DNA of 64,000 nucleotides from Candidatus Kapaibacterium sp. (GTDB lineage: Bacteria > Bacteroidota > Ignavibacteria > Kapaibacteriales > UBA2268). Shown piece by piece: positions 59,899-64,000 of this stretch. The stretch's first letter is position 1. The number at the start of each line of letters is the position of its first letter. Location of the stretch: assembly GCA_963665665.1 (NCBI GenBank), contig OY762428.1, positions 1,856,001 to 1,920,000 on the forward strand, written 5' to 3'. The notes under the pieces were generated by a model, which saw only the letters and a list, made by a program, of their open reading frames with translations, was not told the DNA's origin and made no database searches. The position numbers and the translations under genes are program-made.

Positions 59899-60951
59899 TT
59901 GAAGCAGATAAAATTAGTTTTTTTTTCAGACTCACATCTTGGTTTTGATTATCCCGTGCGTCCCCGAAAAGCCAAACCCCGCAGAGGCCCTGATTTCTTT
60001 AACAATTTTAATATTGTTTTGAATAGCGCCATAGATTCCGGCGCTGATATTGTAATACACGGTGGCGACTTGTTTTTTCGTACTCTCCTGCCCAAACAAA
60101 TAGTACACAAAGTTTATGAAAGCCTTAATGATTTTGCCGAAAGCGGCATTCCTATTCTTATAGTACCGGGCAATCACGAAAGTTCGAAACTTCCGGAATC
60201 CTTGTTCCTTAACCATAAAAATATTTTTGTTTTTGACAGGCTAAGGTCATTTTCATTCAATATTAATGATATAAAACTCAGGATTAGCGGATTCCCCTAT
60301 TATAAAAATAATGTCCGGGATAATTTTCCTGTCTTCATGGAAGAAGAAAAAAAAGACTGTGATAAAGCCGACTACAATATCCTGTGCTTTCACCACAGCG
60401 TTCAGGGTTCTACTTGCGGACCCGGTAATTTTACGTTCAAAAAAGGTGAAGATGTAATACAGATAAAAGACCTGCCAGAAGAATATAACCTTTTTCTTTC
60501 AGGGCACATACACCGGCATCAGGAACTTAGCTTTCGAAAAAACAACAGGCTGTATCAGGTACTCTACGCCGGCTCGATAGAAAGAACTTCATTTGCTGAG
60601 ATTGAAGAAACCAAGGGATATTATAAAATCATGTTAGAAATGACGAAAAATAATAATATTCTGATGAGAAAAGGCTTTGTGCCCTTACCGGCTCGGGAAA
60701 TGTTTTTACTTGATATTGATTATGAAGCAGATAATTCCGATGCCCTTGCCAAATACTTAGAAAACAATACAAAAAATATTAAACCGGGGTCGATTGTAAG
60801 GGTCAGATGTAATAATGATAAAGTAAAAAAGCTGATAAATGTAAATTATCTGAAAAATTTTATACCGGAAAACTGTTATTTGGAATACAGCGGTTTCGGA
60901 AAATTTAACGGGATGAAAAATGAAAAGAGAGCAGATAAGGAAAGAAGTTAA
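59899..60951 (+). CDS. SbcD/Mre11-like metallophosphoesterase nuclease
   Basis: SDSHLG, GGDLF, PGNHE, HH, SGHIH and YAGS.ER.SF.E...KGY motifs. TTG start after AGGAG. Confidence 0.85.
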   Translation: MKQIKLVFFSDSHLGFDYPVRPRKAKPRRGPDFFNNFNIVLNSAIDSGADIVIHGGDLFFRTLLPKQIVHKVYESLNDFAESGIPILIVPGNHESSKLPESLFLNHKNIFVFDRLRSFSFNINDIKLRISGFPYYKNNVRDNFPVFMEEEKKDCDKADYNILCFHHSVQGSTCGPGNFTFKKGEDVIQIKDLPEEYNLFLSGHIHRHQELSFRKNNRLYQVLYAGSIERTSFAEIEETKGYYKIMLEMTKNNNILMRKGFVPLPAREMFLLDIDYEADNSDALAKYLENNTKNIKPGSIVRVRCNNDKVKKLINVNYLKNFIPENCYLEYSGFGKFNGMKNEKRADKERS

Positions 60952-62008
60952 GAAGATACCCGAAAAGCCCGGTGTATATAAGTTTTTTGATGCTCATGGG
61001 AATATCATTTATATTGGGAAATCAGTTAATCTTCGCCAAAGGGTTAGCAGCTATTTTTCCCATAATATATTTAATTATGGCATAAATAACCGAAACGGTT
61101 TTCATAGCGCGAATAAAGAACCGGATATATTTTTTACTAATAAGGGAATATCCAATTCTCCGGGGCTGAATACGCGAACAAGGATAATGATCAATAGTAT
61201 CGAAAGGTTTGAAACAGATGAAACGGGCAGCGAACTCGAAGCTTTGTTGCTGGAAGACAGGTTGATCAAGGAATACATGCCGGCTTACAATGTTCAGCAG
61301 AAAGAATTTAATTCTTATTGCAGTATAAATCTCTCAAATGATGATTTCCCAAGCCTTAAAATTGAAAATATTAGCAGTAATAAGCACAGCAATCCTAATT
61401 TTTTATTATTTAAAAACAGATACAGAGCCGAGGAATTTAGCAGGATTGTCAGCAAATATACGGGCATAAGAACCTGTGCTGATAAAACTCCCTTATTACA
61501 CTGTATGAATTATGAATTAAGCAATTGTTCTGCTCCTTGCAGGAAATGTATAAGCACTGAAGACTATCTGAATATTGTTGATGAGTGCAGAAATATATTA
61601 TCCGGGAATACAGATCATATACAGAAAAAAATGGAAACTAAAATGCAGAAATTATCTGCGGAACTTAAATTCGAAGAAGCAGGAGAAGTAAAATCGGATT
61701 TAACCATTTTTAAAAAATATTCGTCAAGAATAAAATTTCTCAGGAAATTTGTCTCCGGTATTACGATTTTGAAAGAATTTAATAAAAACGGGCTGGTATT
61801 ATTGTTTAAAAACGGAAACCTGAAAAATATAATAAGGAATAAACTAAAAGATAATGATATTGAACTGATATTAATGTCTGAAGGTTTTAACTCATCAATA
61901 GCTCCAAAACTCAATTTTTATGAACAATTCGATCGTGCAAATATTCTGTATTCCTATGCGAGGAAAAACAGTGATACAGTTAGTTATGAATTTATTCATA
62001 ATACTTAA
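60920..62008 (+). CDS. UvrC N-terminal-like (Cho-like) GIY-YIG nuclease with UVR domain
   Basis: PGVYKF...IYIGKSVNLRQRVSSYF, EALLLE..LIK...P.YN, a Cys cluster and L.FEEA. No UvrC RNase-H or HhH C-terminus is apparent. Confidence 0.8.
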   Translation: MKREQIRKEVKKIPEKPGVYKFFDAHGNIIYIGKSVNLRQRVSSYFSHNIFNYGINNRNGFHSANKEPDIFFTNKGISNSPGLNTRTRIMINSIERFETDETGSELEALLLEDRLIKEYMPAYNVQQKEFNSYCSINLSNDDFPSLKIENISSNKHSNPNFLLFKNRYRAEEFSRIVSKYTGIRTCADKTPLLHCMNYELSNCSAPCRKCISTEDYLNIVDECRNILSGNTDHIQKKMETKMQKLSAELKFEEAGEVKSDLTIFKKYSSRIKFLRKFVSGITILKEFNKNGLVLLFKNGNLKNIIRNKLKDNDIELILMSEGFNSSIAPKLNFYEQFDRANILYSYARKNSDTVSYEFIHNT

Positions 62009-62258
62009 AATCCAAAATCACAGGAGAAAGTAAACTGCAAATAAGCAATCCTGTATCCTTTTGGCTTGCCCAAAAATCTATTCCGGCCTTTGGGACATCA
62101 GATTTCCAAAAATTACTTCAATTTTCAATAAGAATTTCTATCTTTTATATCATACAAACAAAATATTCCATTTAATATCAACTGATTAATATAATCCGAT
62201 AAGTTGAATTAACCGCTTAATCAGAATATGAATCGCAAACAATAATCAGATATCTCCT

Positions 62259-62897
62259 TCACTCTTTATCCAAAAAATCCGGGCGGAAAAAACCGTCGTT
62301 CTTAATGATATTATTTACAGTTTCGCTTTCTTTTATCAGGGGTATTACTTTGTTCAGGTGTGTACGTATCATTTCCAGACGCCTGTTTTCGGATCTCATC
62401 TCAAGTAATTCCTGTTTCTGCCGCAAAGTAAAACCTGATTTGGTAGCAAGGAAAAAGGAAGGAAACTTTGTTTTAAGTTCGTCGGTAATTATTTTATCCA
62501 TTTTCAGATCGGGAATGCTATCTACTATCAGGTTGAACATATTTACACAATTTCTAAGCAGGTATAAATTAAGTTCATCAATTTCATCTTCTAAGTAATC
62601 GATATTGCCGACATAATATCCGAATTCCGACTCCGAAAAATTGTTCAGCCTGTATCGCTGTACTCCTTCCACAAGGACATCCATTCTTCCGTCGCTATAT
62701 TTCTTTATCAGGCTGTCCACCCTTGCAGTAGTGCCAATATTGTGCAGTTTGTCGTCATTTAGATTTATTCCGAAAACGGTTTCATTTGCCATGCAGTCCG
62801 ATATCAATATCTTATATCTTTCCTCGAAAATATGCAGTGGAATGATCGATTCCGGAAATATCACGATTTTTAGCGGAAACAAAGGTAATTCAGTCAT
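62259..62897 (-). CDS. LON peptidase substrate-binding domain protein
   Basis: LPLFPL..V.FP....PLHIFEERY motif; start moved to MTELP (62897). Confidence 0.88.
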   Translation of the reverse strand: MTELPLFPLKIVIFPESIIPLHIFEERYKILISDCMANETVFGINLNDDKLHNIGTTARVDSLIKKYSDGRMDVLVEGVQRYRLNNFSESEFGYYVGNIDYLEDEIDELNLYLLRNCVNMFNLIVDSIPDLKMDKIITDELKTKFPSFFLATKSGFTLRQKQELLEMRSENRRLEMIRTHLNKVIPLIKESETVNNIIKNDGFFRPDFLDKE

Positions 62898-62989
62898 TAA
62901 AAACAGGAGATTGATGAATAATATTTTTATTAAGATATTTATAAGTTGAAATAAAAACAAATAATTTTGTGAAAGTCCGTGTGATGGCC

Positions 62990-63328
62990 TTAAAGGAACT
63001 GCTTCCATTCTTCCGGCTGGTATCCGATTACCGCTTTATTTTTGTTTCTGACAACAGGTGTTTTCATTATCAGAGGATCATCCAGTATCTCTTCATAAGC
63101 ATCATAAACCATGAATGCAAGGTTCCTTTTTTTGAATTGTTTGCTATTCTCATCTATAAGTTCCTCCGGACTTGAGTTCCTGCAAATATTGTTCAGCTCG
63201 CCTTTGCTAAGTTTCTTCTCGTTTAAATCAAGGAACTGCACCTGTATTTTTCTCTCCTTGAAAAACCGCAATGCTTTCTGAGTATCTTTACATTTTTTCG
63301 TGCCAACTACCTGTACTTGCATGATCAT
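62990..63328 (-). CDS. ArsC/Spx/MgsR family protein
   Basis: KKCKDTQKALRFFKER and PLIMKTPVVR..AVIGY motifs. Confidence 0.85.
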   Translation of the reverse strand: MIMQVQVVGTKKCKDTQKALRFFKERKIQVQFLDLNEKKLSKGELNNICRNSSPEELIDENSKQFKKRNLAFMVYDAYEEILDDPLIMKTPVVRNKNKAVIGYQPEEWKQFL

Positions 63329-63333
63329 TTCCT

Positions 63334-64000
63334 TTATTCAAACAAATTATCGCTAATTACAAATGTAATAAATTCCGACGGAACAAAACAAAACCCGTCC
63401 TCAGTATGAATATTATTCGAGTATTTGAATGATTCTGCTATAACAAAAAAGGGGAGCAGGCTGCTGTTCTGCCGGGCAAGTTCCAAACTGGGTATCCCGT
63501 TAACAGCTCCGCCAGATCTTATCAGCATATCAGCACCAATTAAAATGGCAGTACCCCGGGTGATTGCGTGTGAAATATTTTCATCGGGAACAATATCACA
63601 GATGATATTATGTTGCCCGCATTTTTCCGCCATTTGTTTGCCGAAACTTTTGTCTTTCCATAAAGATTCGATGGCTATAACTTCAAATTCAATACCTGAT
63701 TGTTTTGCTGACCTGAACAAATTAAGAACTGTTCCGCTGTATGAGCATGTAATAATTTTCTGGTGATCCCTGCTCCTGAAAATTTTATCAATGCCAATAT
63801 TAATTATATCCCGTTTGGCTCTATCCATTAGCTGCAAAATTTGCTCGTAAACGTAATTATTGTTATCAGAATTTTTATATTTTTCAGCCGCAAATTTGAT
63901 GATATTTTTGGGTGCAGCCATAGCAGGCTTTACTTTCAGAAGTAATTGCTCAATGTTTTCCTGATCAATGCCTGATTTTAAAGCAGTGTCAAATATTTTC
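63334..64000 (-). CDS. eIF-2B/IF-2B-like family protein, 5' end off the right edge
   Basis: The frame stays open to the edge (..LLLKVKPAMAAP..); TCSYSGTV, ES...G, IGAD...G..VN..PS and AES.K motifs. Confidence 0.75.
   Translation of the reverse strand, partial: KIFDTALKSGIDQENIEQLLLKVKPAMAAPKNIIKFAAEKYKNSDNNNYVYEQILQLMDRAKRDIINIGIDKIFRSRDHQKIITCSYSGTVLNLFRSAKQSGIEFEVIAIESLWKDKSFGKQMAEKCGQHNIICDIVPDENISHAITRGTAILIGADMLIRSGGAVNGIPSLELARQNSSLLPFFVIAESFKYSNNIHTEDGFCFVPSEFITFVISDNLFE

Overview
AT-rich bacterial chromosomal window. It is probably from an FCB-group organism (Kapabacteria/Ignavibacteria-like): several proteins end in T9SS type-A C-terminal domains and several genes have TAnnTTTG -7 promoter boxes. 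Most of the window is housekeeping or accessory genes: ffh (partial), cdsA, tpl, smpB, rfbD, a phosphohexomutase, rpoN, msrAB, hcp with an Rrf2 regulator, two sensor kinases and several secreted beta-propeller proteins. The stand-out region is 31.8-36.5 kb, around one intact tRNA-Ser(GCT) on the minus strand. Upstream of the tRNA are four 84-bp-period copies of its own 5' part. Downstream are two 367-bp units, each made of a terminator, an 81-aa GIY-YIG nuclease gene and the tRNA 3' part. In all six partial copies exactly the 17-nt anticodon stem-loop is replaced by the 17-nt hairpin TCCCGATGCAATCGGGA, which would present a GCA (Cys) anticodon. Only the outermost 3' copy encodes CCA. Beyond it lies a small defence-like island: a YhcG nuclease flanked by two type IIG R-M C-terminal remnants, and a HipA-like kinase with a DUF3037-like partner. 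Other notable items are a MITE family with 8-bp target duplications, an orphan CxxG-repeat RiPP-like peptide, a T9SS-tailed glutathione peroxidase and a mosaic tandem gene duplication. All calls come from reading motifs by eye; no searches were run.
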